Source: the human T2T-CHM13v2.0 reference genome, Homo sapiens. Taken from it: DNA of 64,000 bases. The DNA lies in NCBI GenBank assembly GCA_009914755.4, contig CP086569.2, forward strand, positions 6,208,001 to 6,272,000, written 5' to 3'. The position numbers and the translations under genes are program-made. This document shows positions 1 through 14,603 of this stretch, piece after piece. Each line of letters begins with the position of its first letter. Position 1 is the first letter of the stretch. The notes under the pieces were generated by a model. It was not told where the DNA came from. It searched no databases and worked only from the letters and a program-made list of their open reading frames with translations.

Positions 1-1713
1 ACAGGCAGCATTCTTGTTCCTGAAATGGTTAGTTAAATGTAAGTAGCATTTATTGGAATTGATTTCAAGGCCATAATTCACAAGTCAGACAGTGAACAAT
101 CTTTACCCTTGTACAGGATGCCTAAATTTTCTTAATTTCTCCATTGGACAGACAATACTTGGGAATCAACTATGAAGTTGGTTTAAAAAGTTCAACTCTT
201 TCAAGTTGTTATATTTAAAAAGATCATTATGACTAACAACCAATTCACTTGCTGTGAGAAGAGGTGGATGTGAGTCATAAAATAACTTTTAAGTCAGAAA
301 ATTGGATTTAATTCAGACTTTTCCTCCTCTTACATCAATTGAATGACAGGGATAAATGAACTTGATTTAGCTAGATTTAGAATTGGAGTTGTCTTTCTTA
401 TCTATCAAAAGCATGGCAGGACTGATCATCTGGATATCATCAGCTGATGATCAAACATGTCAAATTAATGCAGAAAAAATAAAATAATTTGTGGCATTAT
501 ATTCTATAATTTATTATGTTGATTTATGACACTTTATTTATTGCAAAAATATGGCATCAAAATTTGGAATTTTATCTACGTTACGAATTGGGTAAAGTAA
601 CTTTTAATTACATTGTATACTTTAAGAAATGTGTTAGCCATTCTACTGCAATTGTAAAAATATGTCCACCCATTAAATTTAAAACCTCCTAATTGAGATA
701 ATTCTAATAAAATTTTTAAAAATTCTTCAAAGCTTCAAAAACTTCATATTTCTGATCTTGTAATAAGTATAAAACTAAGAGATGCTTTTTCTGTGTAAGC
801 AATGATTGTTAATATAATAGCTATTGAGTTTTCTCTTTCAGTTGAAAGCATTGTATTTTGACATCAGAAGTTACATGTGAAACAATAATTGTTATAATAA
901 TTTAATTACCCACTTTAAATGACCGTATATAATGTAGTTGCTAATATATGCTGTTTTTTCTACAGAACATCATTGACAAGATTACGTACATATTCACTAT
1001 TAGCTTCGAGAACTTTTTATGTACACAAGGCTAGTAAAAGCGCATTCAAAATTACATGTTTTAGGCTGAGGTCTCACTCCTACAGTGCCTTCAGCAAAGT
1101 TTTTGGCCTCAGATCATATTCTCAGGCAAATTGTTTTCTATAAAAACTTCCTTTCTGTATTGAAAGGCTGAAGGAATAAAATAAGGAAAAATCCCTTCAT
1201 TTCTCTCAGACAGTGCAAAGGGAGAAAAATTCTCTGGATAAATACACTGACAGTTTTATTTAATGATTTGAATATAAATTAAATAAGTGTTTAAGAAGTA
1301 GTTTAGCTAGTTATACACTTCCTTCATTTAGACAAATAATACAATCACATTTTTTGGCATTATTGGAAATAGCACACAATTTAGGGTCAGTTATTTCTAA
1401 TTCTGATCATTCAAATTTCAAGCTCTTTGACTTTCTATGTTTTTAACATTGGCCAAGTCATTAATCTCTTAAATGTTCAATGTATTCAATTTAGAACTTT
1501 ATAAAATGTATAAAATATAGTTAATAATACAGGTACAACCTACTTCATGACAGAATACAACATCCCAAAATATTCCACTCTCGCATATTGGCAATTTCAG
1601 TTAAAGGCACTTAAAAAACAGCAGATTCAAGAAAAATGCTCTGATCTTCCTTCTCCCTTTTGTTTCTTAAAAGCAGAAGATGAAATTCCCACTTGAAAGA
1701 AGTCCTCCCTATA

Positions 1714-2077
1714 TGATATGGCTTGACTGTGTCCCCACCCAAATCTCATCTTGAGTTGTAGCTCCCATAATCCCCATGTGTCATGGGAGGGACCCAGTAG
1801 GAGGTAATTGAATCATGGGAGTAGATTTTTCCTGTGCTGTTCTTGTGATGCTGAATAAGTCTCATGAGATCTGATGGTTTTATAAAGGGTAGTTCCCCTG
1901 CATGTGCTTGTGCCAGCTGCCCTGTAAAGCCATGTATTTGCTTCTCCTTTGCCTTTTGCTATGATTGTGAGGCCTCCCCAGCCATGCAGAACTGTGAGTC
2001 CATTAAACCTCTTTTCTTTATAAATTACCCAGTCTTTGGTATGTCTTTATCAGCAGCATGAGAACAGACTAATACAC
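1714..2077 (+). mobile_element. Solo LTR of an ERVL-MaLR element, THE1-like
   Basis: Starts tgatatggcttgactgtgtccccacccaaatctcatcttga and ends gagaacagactaatacac, the canonical THE1/MST LTR termini. Length about 365 bp. The internal motifs gtaattgaatcatggg and ccatgattgtgaggcctccccagccatgc are present. The flanks ctata/ctata(t) are consistent with a 5-bp TSD. Confidence 0.8.
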
Positions 2078-2689
2078 TATATCAGAAAAAAAGTAACATT
2101 CTGCATACTGGGTGAGATAGACACATAAATGCCTCAGATGATCATTTACCAATGTGCTATGTGTTTATGGAGTGAAAAATAACTTTAAAAACGTTTTAAG
2201 ATATCTTGCATAGGCATAGGACATAAAACATTTTTTTCCTTCAGAGGTTTCCTCAAAATGTCACCTATTTAGTGTAATCTTCCCTGACCATTGTATTTAA
2301 AACTGCAATCTCTTCCTCTCCCAGGTATAACCACCTCAGAGTACCTCTTACTGTCTTTTCAGGTATTATTGCTCTTCTTAATATTTATCACTTTCTGACT
2401 TATATATTACAAATATATTTGTTTGTTTGTGTCTCTTCACTATATTTTGAACAGAAATTTTATTTTTCTATTTTGTTCAATACCGTTTCCCCAACTTTTG
2501 GAATAATGACTGGCAGGTAATAGCTGCTCAATAAGTATTTTTTAAATAGGTAAATTAGTAAGTGATCAGAAAATGCTTTATATAATGGCCAACAAAGACA
2601 TATAATTTTAAAATATATGAATTTTCACTTTATTGATTTACTGGCTTTCAGTTCACAGTGATTTCTGACATAAAACTTATACATTTTCA

Positions 2690-3104
<415 letters not shown>

Positions 3105-4299
3105 TTATTAAAAAGCCCTGGGGACATCTCTTATCAGATATTTGAACTGAAAATTTAGTATATGCAATCAAGTTGGTTTCATAAATACATTTTAGAGAAA
3201 ATAAAAACTAATAGTATAAACACAATACATCCCAGATTAATTTAAGAATTAAAGGTGTTATTTATTTTTATTTCAAAAATAAAGCAATTATAAAAAAATT
3301 CAAGTCTCTTTGTATCTGAACTCTTTTCACCCCTTAATTTTATTTTATACAGTTACCTTAGAATGATAGTCACTTTATTTTCAGTTCTTGGACCCTACAA
3401 AAAAATGCTGCAATAAATATCTTTGTATATACACTCTTACAAATTGGCATCCAAATCTTCACACTTTTTCATCAGGGTGTTAAAATACAAAGACCCCTAC
3501 ATATCTGCCAATATTAAATGTGTTACTATTTTATATTGGAACAGACTAATATGATAGCTCTTAATCACTTTAATTGTGATTTCCTTGACTTAGTAAATTT
3601 AAAATGTTTTTCATGTGGAATGTTTACCATTTTGGGTTGATCATCTCTGAAGTGTCTAGTCATCTATTTCCCATTCTTTTCTATTGGGATTTTTACATTT
3701 TTTCCTCTTCAATTTAAAAGAACTATGTATGCATTACAGAAGTAACTTTTTGTCTCTCTAGAGTAGTTTTGGTTTCTGACAAAATAATTACTAACCTGAG
3801 TTCTTGGTTCTCTCCTCCCAAAATATAAACTCTGGCAAATTATAGAAAGAATATAGAGTAGAGAAATCTGCAACAACAAGGAGAAAAATCCCTGGATGTC
3901 AAAAGACTGTTTTAACTTTCTGCAGGAGAAAGGGTACGTGTCTATAGTCTATAGCAAGAGGCATCAGGTTCAACTCTGAAATAATAAATTTGAGTAGTGG
4001 TTCTCTAAGTGTGATTCCAGACAACCAGCATCAATGTCACTTGGGAAATTGTTAAAAATGCAAATATGGGGGCCCCGCCTTGGATTTACTGGATCGGAAC
4101 ACCTGGCTGTGGTGGCCAGTAAACTGTTAGAACAAGCCTATCAGATGATTCTCATTCAGAGTGGAATGTGAAAACGAACAAATTTTTGAAAAAACTGTTG
4201 AATTTTGTTTTTCCATTCTCCTTGCCATTTCCTTTGTAACAATTAATATCTGCTTCTTCACTACAGTAATCCTGAGGCAATAACTCAGACCACTGACTG

Positions 4300-4760
4300 A
4301 ATAGACAAATGGACTATCCCAGATCATGTGTGAAAACAGAACTCTGACCTATAGCCTCTACTGAAAGCAGCCCAGGAAGTCAAACCACTTACACAGCAAT
4401 CATCCCAGAATAGTCAGGACTTGATCAGCGACTGCAAGCTTCCCTATTTTTTATTCCCAGCTTTGGACTAGGGACTAATAAGAGAAAGCTGAATATGCTC
4501 CCCAAACCAATCAATCACCTAAGATTCCCCACTTCTAGTTAGCATGCCTCTAGCTTTTTCATGCCAACAACCTCCAATCAGAACATAATTGATACTTTCC
4601 CTTTTTCTATCATAGTTTTTCCACTTCCCTGCATATCTCTGAGTCTGCCAAAATCAAGTGATGTTGGTTGACTTCCTTACTGTAGCAAGTTCTAAATAAA
4701 CAGCCTTTGTTTGTTTTCATTTGGTCTTCATTTATTTCCACACTGCTAATGCAAGTGTAA
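4300..4760 (+). mobile_element. Possible solo retroviral LTR (ERV1-like), family not identified
   Basis: U3/R-like layout: CCAAT-like ccaatcaatcacc and ccaatcagaacataattgatac, then ctaaataaacagcctttgtttgttttcatttgg (polyadenylation signal plus GT-rich element) typical of an LTR R region. Judged by eye only. Confidence 0.3.
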
Positions 4761-5896
4761 ATAATTCTAATATCAGAGCAGTGTATAAAACACTGCTGGG
4801 GTGAAGGATTGCTACTAACTGGAGTGTTATTTACCCGCCTCCACTCTCTTTTTCCATTCCCCCAGTTAGTGGTCTACTATGGTCTTCTGAGGATTTAAAA
4901 TTGAAACACAGACCTGAAGAGTTGTTTGGTTAAGTGAATGATTAACTATGGTTCTATGGCCCCTGGGCTTTTCACAGTAGAACTTGTTCACCTCCTCTCT
5001 GGAAGTAGTTCTTTTGGCCCTGAAAAATTAGCACAATCTGAGTAGCCAGTATCCCCAGGTGAATAAGAGCTCACAGGCCAAAATAAAGTTATGCCTTAGG
5101 AGACAAGTCTGCCTCAAAAGACTGTTTTCTTTAAAAAATAAAATTCAAAGATGTATCCTTTTAACTTTACATTTTTTTATCTTGGTTAGGGAAGACTCCA
5201 ACACCCTTCAATTTTACGTGTAGGCTTTTAGATTTTCCTGCAAGATTTTTTAATATTTACATTTTAAACTTTAGTACATCTGGAGATTATTTTTGTTTCC
5301 TCTATAAGATAGAGTCTCATTTTCATTTATTTCTAGATTAAAGAAGCATATATGCTATTAAAATGCATAAAATAGTTTATCTTTCGTTGTTAAATTCAGC
5401 CACTGAATTTGTCATATATTAGTTTCCCACATGTTTTAGTATCCGAAAACACAATGATCTGATGTAGACACAAAAGATTATATTCCATAGTTATTCCTCC
5501 AAATATCTTATAGGATCTTTTTTTTTCTAAATTCTCTCCTCACTGCCACACCCTCTTCAAGAAAAATTATATTAAAATTCCCTCCTTACTGCCATACTAC
5601 CAACAAAAATCCTATTGAAATTGCACTAAACTTGTTGATTTTAAAGTATTAACATACTTGCAATATGCAATCTTTCGCTATACAAAAATCAGAATCTGGG
5701 GTTGTTGTCCAACTTTCCACAATTTTCCTAGTAACCATAAATGTTTTGCTTCTTTATTTTGGTAACCTTCCCCTCTCTTCCCCCAGCCTATACTTTCAGT
5801 TTGAATGGCATTTTCCATTTTTTAATGTTAATCAACCATCCTGTCTCAGTGGTAGTTCATAAAGTACTTATTAATGTGGTTCAAACAGATTTCTAC

Positions 5897-6170
5897 TTTT
5901 TTTTTTTTTTGAGACAGTCTGTGGCCCAGGCTGGAATGCAGTGGCACTATGTCTGCTCGCTACAAGCTCCGCCTCCGGGGTTCACGCCATTCTCCTCCTG
6001 CCTCAGCCTCCCGCCCGCCACCATGCCTGGCTAATTTTTTTTTATGTTTTTAGTAGAGACAGGGTTTCACCACGTTAGCCAGGATGGCCTCGGTCTTCTG
6101 ACCTCGTGATCCGTACGCCTCGGCCTCCCAAAGTGCTGGGATTACAGGCGTGAGTCACCGTGCCTGGCCC
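5897..6170 (-). mobile_element. Alu SINE, minus orientation
   Basis: T14 tail then gagacagtctgtggcccaggctggaatgcagtggc, ending ggcgtgagtcaccgtgcctggcc (reverse complement of the Alu 5' end). Possible TSD atttctac/atttccac. Confidence 0.92.
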
Positions 6171-6904
6171 TATTTCCACTCATTTTATAAACTAAAAATC
6201 TATTTCATAGATATGGTGCTGAAAATATCTTTCCTCCCTTGTTTCTGGACCTGTAAGGTTGTGAGTCAGGTGCCATTGGCAATCCCATTGCTGCTAACCG
6301 GCAGAGACAAAGCACATTAAGATAATCAGAGTCCTGATGGCATTTAAATCCATAGTTCCTATAATTTCTGAGACTAGTTTCACTTCTTTCCATCATGTAG
6401 TTTGGATATTAAACCAACAGATTCCACTTTTTGCTTAACTTTTTGAAATTGTGTTTCTAACATTTCTTACGGTAAGAGTTTTAACTAATTCTCAGTTAAT
6501 AAATATGGCATATCTTTACATAGTTAACATTTTTAAATGTCTAAAATGTATTCATGTCTCCAAATTACAAATTAATTTTGAATTTTCCTCAACTAGGTTT
6601 TAAGTATTTTTATTTAAGATGCTATCTAGTTAGATAATATATTTTGTTCTTATACTAATGTGCTGTGTCCCTACTTAATATTTCTACCGATTATTTCTGA
6701 TACGTAGAAAAGTTAGTGATTGTTGTACATTTGTTTCTTCACCAGCCAACCAACTATGCTATTTTACTACTAAAATATTTGTTTTTCAACTATGTCTTTT
6801 CTGTTTAGAGATAAATTGAATTTTTTTACTTGTCCTTCAACTAACAGCATGCTTTATTTCTGTTTTCTAAACATTTCAGACATTATGAAATTATATTCTA
6901 TATT

Positions 6905-6960
6905 GTATGTATATAGATATACATATATACATGTGTATGCACACATGTACGTGTGTGTGT
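6905..6960. repeat. Compound (TA)n/(CA)n/(GT)n microsatellite
   Basis: The sequence is gtatgtatatagatatacatatatacatgtgtatgcacacatgtacgtgtgtgtgt. Confidence 0.85.
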
Positions 6961-7280
6961 AAAATACATTATATGATATTTGGGATTACGGGGCTAGAAA
7001 CAATTAGAAAGTTACTATTTATCTTGGCTATTCAGTTGACTTTTTAGAAAAAGAATAAATAACAGGGAAATTATTTGATAATATAAATTATCAAAGCAAA
7101 ATTAGTCATGTTTGTTCAAGAAATACAAGAGCCATAAAAAATTTGTATAGGTATATTTTCTAGCTATTCATAAGTATATCACAATATTAAACTATTGAAC
7201 TAATGTGAGCACTTAATTCCCTATAAATCTGAACTTGTAAAGTTGCTTTAATATATATTCCTTTAAAAATAAAAAAATGA

Positions 7281-7340
7281 ACTCCAGCCTGAGTGACAGA
7301 GTGAGATTGTCTCAAAATAAATAAATAAAACAAACAAATA
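7281..7340 (+). mobile_element. Alu 3'-end fragment with A-rich tail
   Basis: The sequence actccagcctgagtgacagagtgagattgtctcaaaataaataaataaaacaaacaaataac matches the last ~35 bp of Alu plus its tail. Confidence 0.75.
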
Positions 7341-10043
7341 ACATAAAAGTCATAAAATAGGTTTTCAAAAATTATTTTATTTTTAAAATTATTGCACATT
7401 AAATTTTGATTGATATTCAATAAGAGTCTCCTTGACAAAACTCCATTCAAGCTTCTCTGAATTGTCCTCCCAACTAAGATTTGATTCCTGGGTTTTCATG
7501 TTCTTCTCTGCATTGCCCAATTTTAGCCAAAACCGTGATAAGCCAGTTTAGCCAGAATCCCCTACTCTACATCTGATTGTGTTCCTCATCCCTAGCAATC
7601 CTCCAAATGATATCTGATGGCTGGTCTGACCTCACCAAGAATCATGTTAGGTAGGTTTAGCCAGAATCCTCCCTTATCCCTGATGTCTTCGATTAGTAAT
7701 TTCTCTCCAACTACACCTTCTCCCCTACATTCTTGACTGTAAATTTCCACTTTTCTTTATTGTATTTAGAATTGATTTCAGTTCTATTCTGAGATATTTT
7801 TCCCCCTTATTGCAGTAGTTTTTGGGTAAAATATGTTCTACTGCTTTAACTGCTATCCAGCTCTAGCTTTTCTTTGACAAACATTCACAGATTGTATAAC
7901 AATCATCACAATCAACATACAGAATACTACCATCACCTCAAAATCTTTCTCATGTTATCTCTAAAAGATAATTTTAAAATTTAAGTTTTTATTTTTATAC
8001 ACTTTGTGTCACAAATATTATACTAAGATGCATTTGTAGAAAAATATAGATTATAAAATTGAACCTAATCTACTGCCAATTATATTTGCTTCTGTGATCT
8101 TAAAATACACACAGAAACAGTGAGATAGAAAGGTTCTCTGAGCTAAAAGGCTGACCCCCAGATGAATTTATTTAACCAATAATAAAGATCAAAGATACAA
8201 GAAACACACAAAGCTGCAATCATTAATATCAACTATAGATAACATTAAACAGCTGAAAACAAGGTATTCAATGTTATTAACATTTATCCTGAATTGTATA
8301 CCTCCTATAAACGTATCCTTAAAGGTGAATTTCCTCTTCTTAATATGCATATATACATTATTATTTTTAATACAGAGACATCACACAGAAGATATTGGTT
8401 CACATCACAGTTAGATTCCTAACATGTCTGAGTAAAATAGCATATTGATTTATATATGGTGACTGTTTTCAATTGATATAAAAATATTTACTGTTTAATA
8501 AAGCTAGTTGTTGCTTTTGGAACAATATAAAAAATGAAGAAACTATAGATTTCTATATACTGGCTAAAATTACTGTGTGTTAAAAAAGATATCAGAAGGT
8601 TCTATGCTTTAGACTTTAAACACCACTGCTGCTTTTCCAACGTTACATTAAAGGCTATTCCCAGTGACTGGTCCTCATTATTCTTTTATAAAGTCAGATT
8701 TTCTCGGGGTCCTTTTTTTGCAATTCAGTTACCTTCTATGTATTTAAGGGGAAGTATAGGTTAAATTCTATCAATTGTTAGACTTGCATCCATAACTACT
8801 AAACATACTCAGTTTCTTCTTTATTCTGTGAAACTCTAAGTCAGGTAAAGTCCTTTGCAACTAATAATTTTAATGTAAACACAGCTCTAAAGACAAAAAT
8901 TTGATAACAGATTTGAAACCAAAATCTTGACCCAATGAGGCCCAAATTGCAACGTCTTAATCACTCCATCATTGTAATATACGTGACTATCTAGGGGAAG
9001 ACATTTTTTATTATTTTGGGTCATCTGCATTTAAATGAATACATTATGAAGAAAACATGCATACCACAAGTGAGCTTTTATTTTTCCTTTTAGTTAATGT
9101 AGATGTAGTGTGTTTTACTGTTTTAGTTCAAAGTAGGCAGGTTCACAGACTTTGAATAATAGTAATATCAGAAATTCAAGTGTACTGAAAGGAGGAGACA
9201 AATACTGTGGTTTTTAAGTTCATTTTAGGTAAATGAACTGAATGCTGGTTATTCCTGCATGTAGATTTATTAATGAACAAAATAAGAGAATACTGAGAAT
9301 AGTTTTTGCAGAGTGAGAGCAAGATATCAGCAAATAATTTAGTTCTATAAATAGGGATACCACATTGCAACTCAGTCTGAAAGACTATTTGAGATGAATA
9401 ACCCCATTTTATTTTGTTATTTTAATATTTTAAAATAAAACATGGAAGTTAAAGATTTAACTTTTTTTTTTTTGATGTATCCAAAAACTAGATCCAAATA
9501 TCTGAAATAATAAGGCTGTTTGGAGGATTGTTTTCATCTAATTCATATAGTATAATATCCATGATTTTCTAAAATAACTTTATTGTGTGAATATGTCATG
9601 CCATAATTTTTGTTTTCTTTAATATGAATGCCCTCATTCCTCAAAGTCAACCTTTGATATAAGTGTAAATAGACTTCATCAGTGTGTTCAGGGAAAAGAT
9701 AAGAAATATAAAACTGTTAAAAATTTGTATGCATATTTAAAAAAAAATTTGTACTTCATCCTTTCTCAGACACAGCCCCAAAGCCAAGACAAATAATATG
9801 ATAGAAGATTTCATTCTAAATAAAAATCTTCTTTTTAAAATGGTAACCTGAAACTGTATAATAGTATTTGTACAATAACTAATTCCTATATTGAAAGTTT
9901 AGTGAGGTCTCTAGGCAGCACTTGCCATGTTTGCAGTTTATTAAGCAGTTTGAAGATGGTTGAACATTAGATACAAAAATAATTGAAGCTCAATACTGTT
10001 AGGTTTAGTAAGAACATAATGTGTCTTCTCTTTCCTTTTTTAC

Positions 10044-10335
10044 TTTTTTTTTTTTGAGATGGAGTCTCGCTCTGTTGCCCAGGTTGGAGTGCAGTGGCAC
10101 GATCTCAGCTCACTGCAACCTCCACCTCCTGGGTTCACGCCATTCTTCTGCCTCAGCCTCCAAGTAGCTGAGACTACAGGCGCCTGCTACCACGCCCGGC
10201 TAATTTTTTGTATTTTTAGTAAACACAGGGTTTCACCATGTTAGCCAGGATGGTCTCGGTCTCCTGACCTCGTGATCTACCCACGTCGACCTCCCAAAGT
10301 GGTGGGATTACAGGCGTGAGCCACCGTGCCCAGCC
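10044..10335 (-). mobile_element. Alu SINE, minus orientation
   Basis: T-tail then gagatggagtctcgctctgttgcccaggttggagtgcagtggc, ending ggcgtgagccaccgtgcccagcc. Direct repeats cataatgtgtctt lie on both flanks (10014-10026 and 10336-10348). Confidence 0.93.
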
Positions 10336-11085
10336 CATAATGTGTCTTTTTAAATTAATTAACTCTTAAGATCAGTGGAGTGTGTAGATGTTTACTTATG
10401 TTTCTATCTTCACTTAGCTGTTCCCAGGATGAAAAAAAAAAAGACTAGTGGCTCTGTTAAACCCTGAAAATTAGCTTAATGATCTTACCTCTTCATCCTT
10501 TCTACCAATCTGGCCCCTTTTAAACCCCCGAATGTAATCATTGGTACTCATTGGTACTATCTTCCTCTTGATTTCAGAGAACACCTCCTTGCAAAATTGT
10601 TAATTTTTCTCTTTTACTGTATTAAATCACTTACTGAGTAAAATAATTCTTTCCTTGAAATGCGATTTGGTTTCTTCTTTGCTCTCCATTTCTATGCCAT
10701 TTCCACTTAAACTTGTCCCTGCATTGTTGCAAAAACCTAACTGGTTTCTTTGATGGACAAAATTAGAGAGATTACCTTTTTGATAGTAAGGTCAAAGCTC
10801 ACCTACTAATCTGGACATCTAAAGCTGTCCTTCAATCAAATGCTCTCATTCCTCTGCTTCCTATCTTCTTCACTCATTCCATAATAACATTCCTTGTTAC
10901 TTCTAAGCATACCTCTTCTCTTTCAGTTGACCATGATCCTTTCCATCTCATAGGCACTGCTTTTTATTTTACAACAATGACTTTGCTTATAAAGATCACT
11001 TCACCTAATATGTTCCCTGGCACATTGCTCCCTGTTCAAACAAGCCTTCATAAAAACCCAGATGTTTTAATATTATATTGATAAT

Positions 11086-11087
<2 letters not shown>

Positions 11088-11125
<38 letters not shown>
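11088..11125. repeat. (GT)n microsatellite, about 19 units
   Basis: Uninterrupted gtgt run followed by gcatgtttgtg. Confidence 0.95.
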
Positions 11126-11126
<1 letters not shown>

Positions 11127-11206
11127 ATGTTTGTGTTTTCTTTTGGCATTGTTTTTATACTTGAGAGAACAATGATGCCTGTGGTTTGATTAAAATATGA
11201 ACATGA

Positions 11207-11503
<297 letters not shown>

Positions 11504-11848
11504 ATATATATATATGAACATGAGTGCTTAATCTGTCTATATATTTGCAACCTTTTGTCATTCTTTCTCGATCTATCTTAAGCTTCTCTTTGGCGAGTTC
11601 CTTGTGTTCTCACCTCATTTACATCATATCCCTAGTACCTAGTAAAGTTCAATTAACATCATAAAGTATTAAATAATGCTTACTAAGTGAATGGATCTCT
11701 CTGCAGCCATTACAAGAAGGAAAATAAAATTTCGTACCCATTTGAGGTGTTTAATTTTACATAGTTTGGACATTCATAGACTCAAACATTTTAGAACTTG
11801 AAGGATGGTAAGGGAGCATCTAAGTATCTACCTTATTTTATAGGTAAT

Positions 11849-12273
11849 TGCTGTGGTTTGGATACTCCAAAACTCATGTTGCAACCTGATCCCCAGTGTT
11901 GGGGGTGGGGCGTAGTGAAAGGTGGTTGGGTCATGGTGGCTGATTCCTCATGAATGGCTTCGTGCTCTCCATACTGTAATGACTGAGTTCTCTCTCTATT
12001 AGTTCGCGTGAGAGCTGATTGTTTAATAGAGCCTGGCACCTCCCTCCCCACTCTCTCTATATCCCTCTCCTGCTATGTGATCTCTGCACCTGCAGCCTCC
12101 TCTTCGCTTTCTGTCATGAGTGGAAGCAGCCTGCACCACTCACCAGAAGCATATGCGGTCCCCATACTTCTTGTATAGCCTGCAGAACCATTAGCCAAAT
12201 AAATATATTTTCTATATAAATTACCAAGTATCAGGTATTCTTTTATAGCAACAGAAACAGATTAAGACAATAG
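11849..12273 (+). mobile_element. Solo ERVL-MaLR LTR (MST-like)
   Basis: Starts tgctgtggtttggatactccaaaactcatgttgcaacctgatccccagtgttggggg and ends tataaattaccaagtatcaggtattcttttatagcaacagaaacagattaagacaatag. It carries the typical ...ttataaattacccagtctcaggta...actaatacag 3' architecture, in diverged form. Confidence 0.7.
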
Positions 12274-13481
12274 TGGTACAATAGGAAGAACATAAAGAAA
12301 ATATTCTAAGAGTTCAATTACTCAGTAGAAAGGCCAAAGCATTATGTTTTTGGGTTTCCAAAGCTCTGCTTCAGTATGTTCCAGGATTGTTCTAGGTAAT
12401 CTATTTAGTGCACATTCTTTGAATTCTCAGACACTGCTAGGTGCCTAAGCACAGGAGTTCTACAAATAATGTGTGATAGAGCTTTACATTTGTATGGACA
12501 AGTACTAAGGTAATCAAGTTTTGGTGGATTCAAATCAAGTTTGGTGGATTCAAAATACTGAATCTCCTCTGTCAATTAGAAAACTTCCTTTTGGTTTTAT
12601 GTACTACAGTTCAGCACAAAAAATCCATATGTCCAAAATCCTAATGTTACCAAAAAATGTGTGTTTTGAGGGTTAGGTGATTCCAGAGTGGCTGGAGTTT
12701 AGACAATAGAAGAGCAAATACCAGAAATGTCTCAAAAGGGAGGTAGGAAATAGATCACCATGCATTGCCTTCAATATGTTCAGATTTTATTCTCAAGGTA
12801 ATGGGAATTCACTGAAGAGGTTTCCACTTGTAAGTGACCTGTCCAAATATGTTGTTTATTCTATATCAAAGTTATAGGCATACATGTTTTAAAAAACTTG
12901 TTGTAGGTGGTCACTAAAATTATTTTAGTTATTTATTGTGGTATTTACTACTAGGTTTCATAATAACATGCTTATACTATTATTCCTTGATTTTCAGCGC
13001 TGTATGTAATGTAATGACTACTTACTATGGAAGATGAGCCTATTGTTCACTTACCACCGCCATCATCACCACACACTAAGGGCACCCCACTGGTCTTTAG
13101 CACATGCATACTCTCCCACCCCTACAGTAGTGGCCATGGAAATCTCTTACTCAGATGGCCAGCTCCAGGGAGCACAGTTGACTGACATTCCATGCTGCCA
13201 CACCTCTGGATTCACCATTTACATTGTGCTAAAATTTTGCATTCCTTAGGCTGCTCTTGGCCAATGACTAAGTATGCCAGTGGTAGCAGAAAATAGTTTT
13301 GACCTTACAGATTCATTGAATTTATGTTGTGAATGACTAGCAGTCCTGGATCACACTTTGAGAACCACTGACCTATGCTGCATTCAATCTACCACACAGC
13401 TGAAATTCAGATATTTGTTTTAGAACAATCACTCTGACAGAACAAAGACACAGGCATACCTAGGAGATATTGCAGGTTTGG

Positions 13482-13591
13482 TGAGAGCTGATTGTTTAAC
13501 AGTGCCTGGCACCTCCCTTCCCTCTCTCTCTGTCTTCCTCTCCTGCCGTGTGATCTCCGTACATGCAGGCTACTCTTCACCTTTGGTCATG
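13482..13591 (+). other. 110-bp MaLR-LTR-derived patch inserted inside the Tigger1 terminal inverted repeat (TIR)
   Basis: tgagagctgattgtttaacagtgcctggcacctcccttccctctctctctgtcttcctctcctgccgtgtgatctccgtacatgcaggctactcttcacctttggtcatg interrupts the Tigger1 terminus exactly between ggtttgg and ttccagacc. It is about 85% identical to 12006-12118 inside the MST-like LTR 1.4 kb upstream. Confidence 0.7.
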
Positions 13592-14603
13592 TTCCAGACC
13601 AACACAATAAAGCAAATATCACAATAAAGTAGGCCATGTACATTTTTTTGGTTTCCCAATGCATATACAAGTTATGTTTGTACTATACATTAGTCTATTA
13701 AGTATGCAACAGCATGTGTCTAAAAATGTATATACTTTAATTATAAATGCTTTGTTGCTAAAAAATGTTAATGATCATCTGAGCCTTCAGTGAGTCATAA
13801 TTTTTTTTGCTGGTCCAAGGTCTTGTCTTGATGTTGATGGCTGCTTACTGTTCAAGGTGGTGATTGCTTAAAGTCAGGTGGCTGTGGCAATTTTTAAAAA
13901 TAAAACAACAATGAAGTTTGCAACATCAATTAACTCTTCTTCTTATGAAAGATTTCTCTGTAGCATGCAATGCTGTTTCATAGCATTCTACCCATAGAAT
14001 ATTTTTCAAAATTGAAGTAAATGCTCTCTCAAACTATGCTGCAGATTTATAAACTAAGTTTATATAACATTCTAAAACTTTTTGTCATTTCAACATGTTC
14101 AGTTTCTTCACCAAAAGTAGATTTTATCTCAAGAAACCACTTTCCTTACTCTCCCATCAGAAGCAACATCTCATCTGTTCAAGTTTTTTCGTGAGATTAT
14201 AGCAATACAATCACATCTACAGGCTCCACTTCTAGTTCTTTTGCTATTTCCTCCACATCTGAAGTTAATTTCTCCACTGAAGGCTCAAACTTCTCAGAAT
14301 CATCCAGGAGGGTTGGAATCTATATCTTCTAAATTCCTGTTAATGTTGATGTTTCTACCTCCCCTCATTAATCACAAATGTTCTTAACGGCACCTAGAAG
14401 GGTAAATTCTTTACAGAAGGTTTTCAATGTACTTTGCCCCGGTCCATCAGAGGAATCAACATCTATGGCAGCTAGAGCCTTACAAAATATATCTCTTAAA
14501 TAATAAGATTTGAAAGCTTAAATTACTCCTTAATCCATGAGCTAAAGAATTGATGTTGGGTTTGCAGGCATAAAAGCAACATTAATCTCCATGGACACGT
14601 CCA

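Noticed and set aside
7440-7760. Two copies of an approximately 30-bp motif (gtttagccagaatcc.c...tc..c.tctgat) about 120 bp apart
   Set aside because: The similarity is too short and diverged to call a tandem repeat or element confidently. It is probably internal repetition of an old unrecognised repeat.
12003-13591. Considered whether the two about 110-bp homologous segments (12006-12118 and 13482-13591) bound a composite element or a segmental duplication
   Set aside because: Only the 110 bp are shared and the flanks are unrelated: one copy sits within an intact MST-like LTR, the other inside a Tigger1 TIR. A templated patch or independent fragment explains it better than a duplication (see findings).
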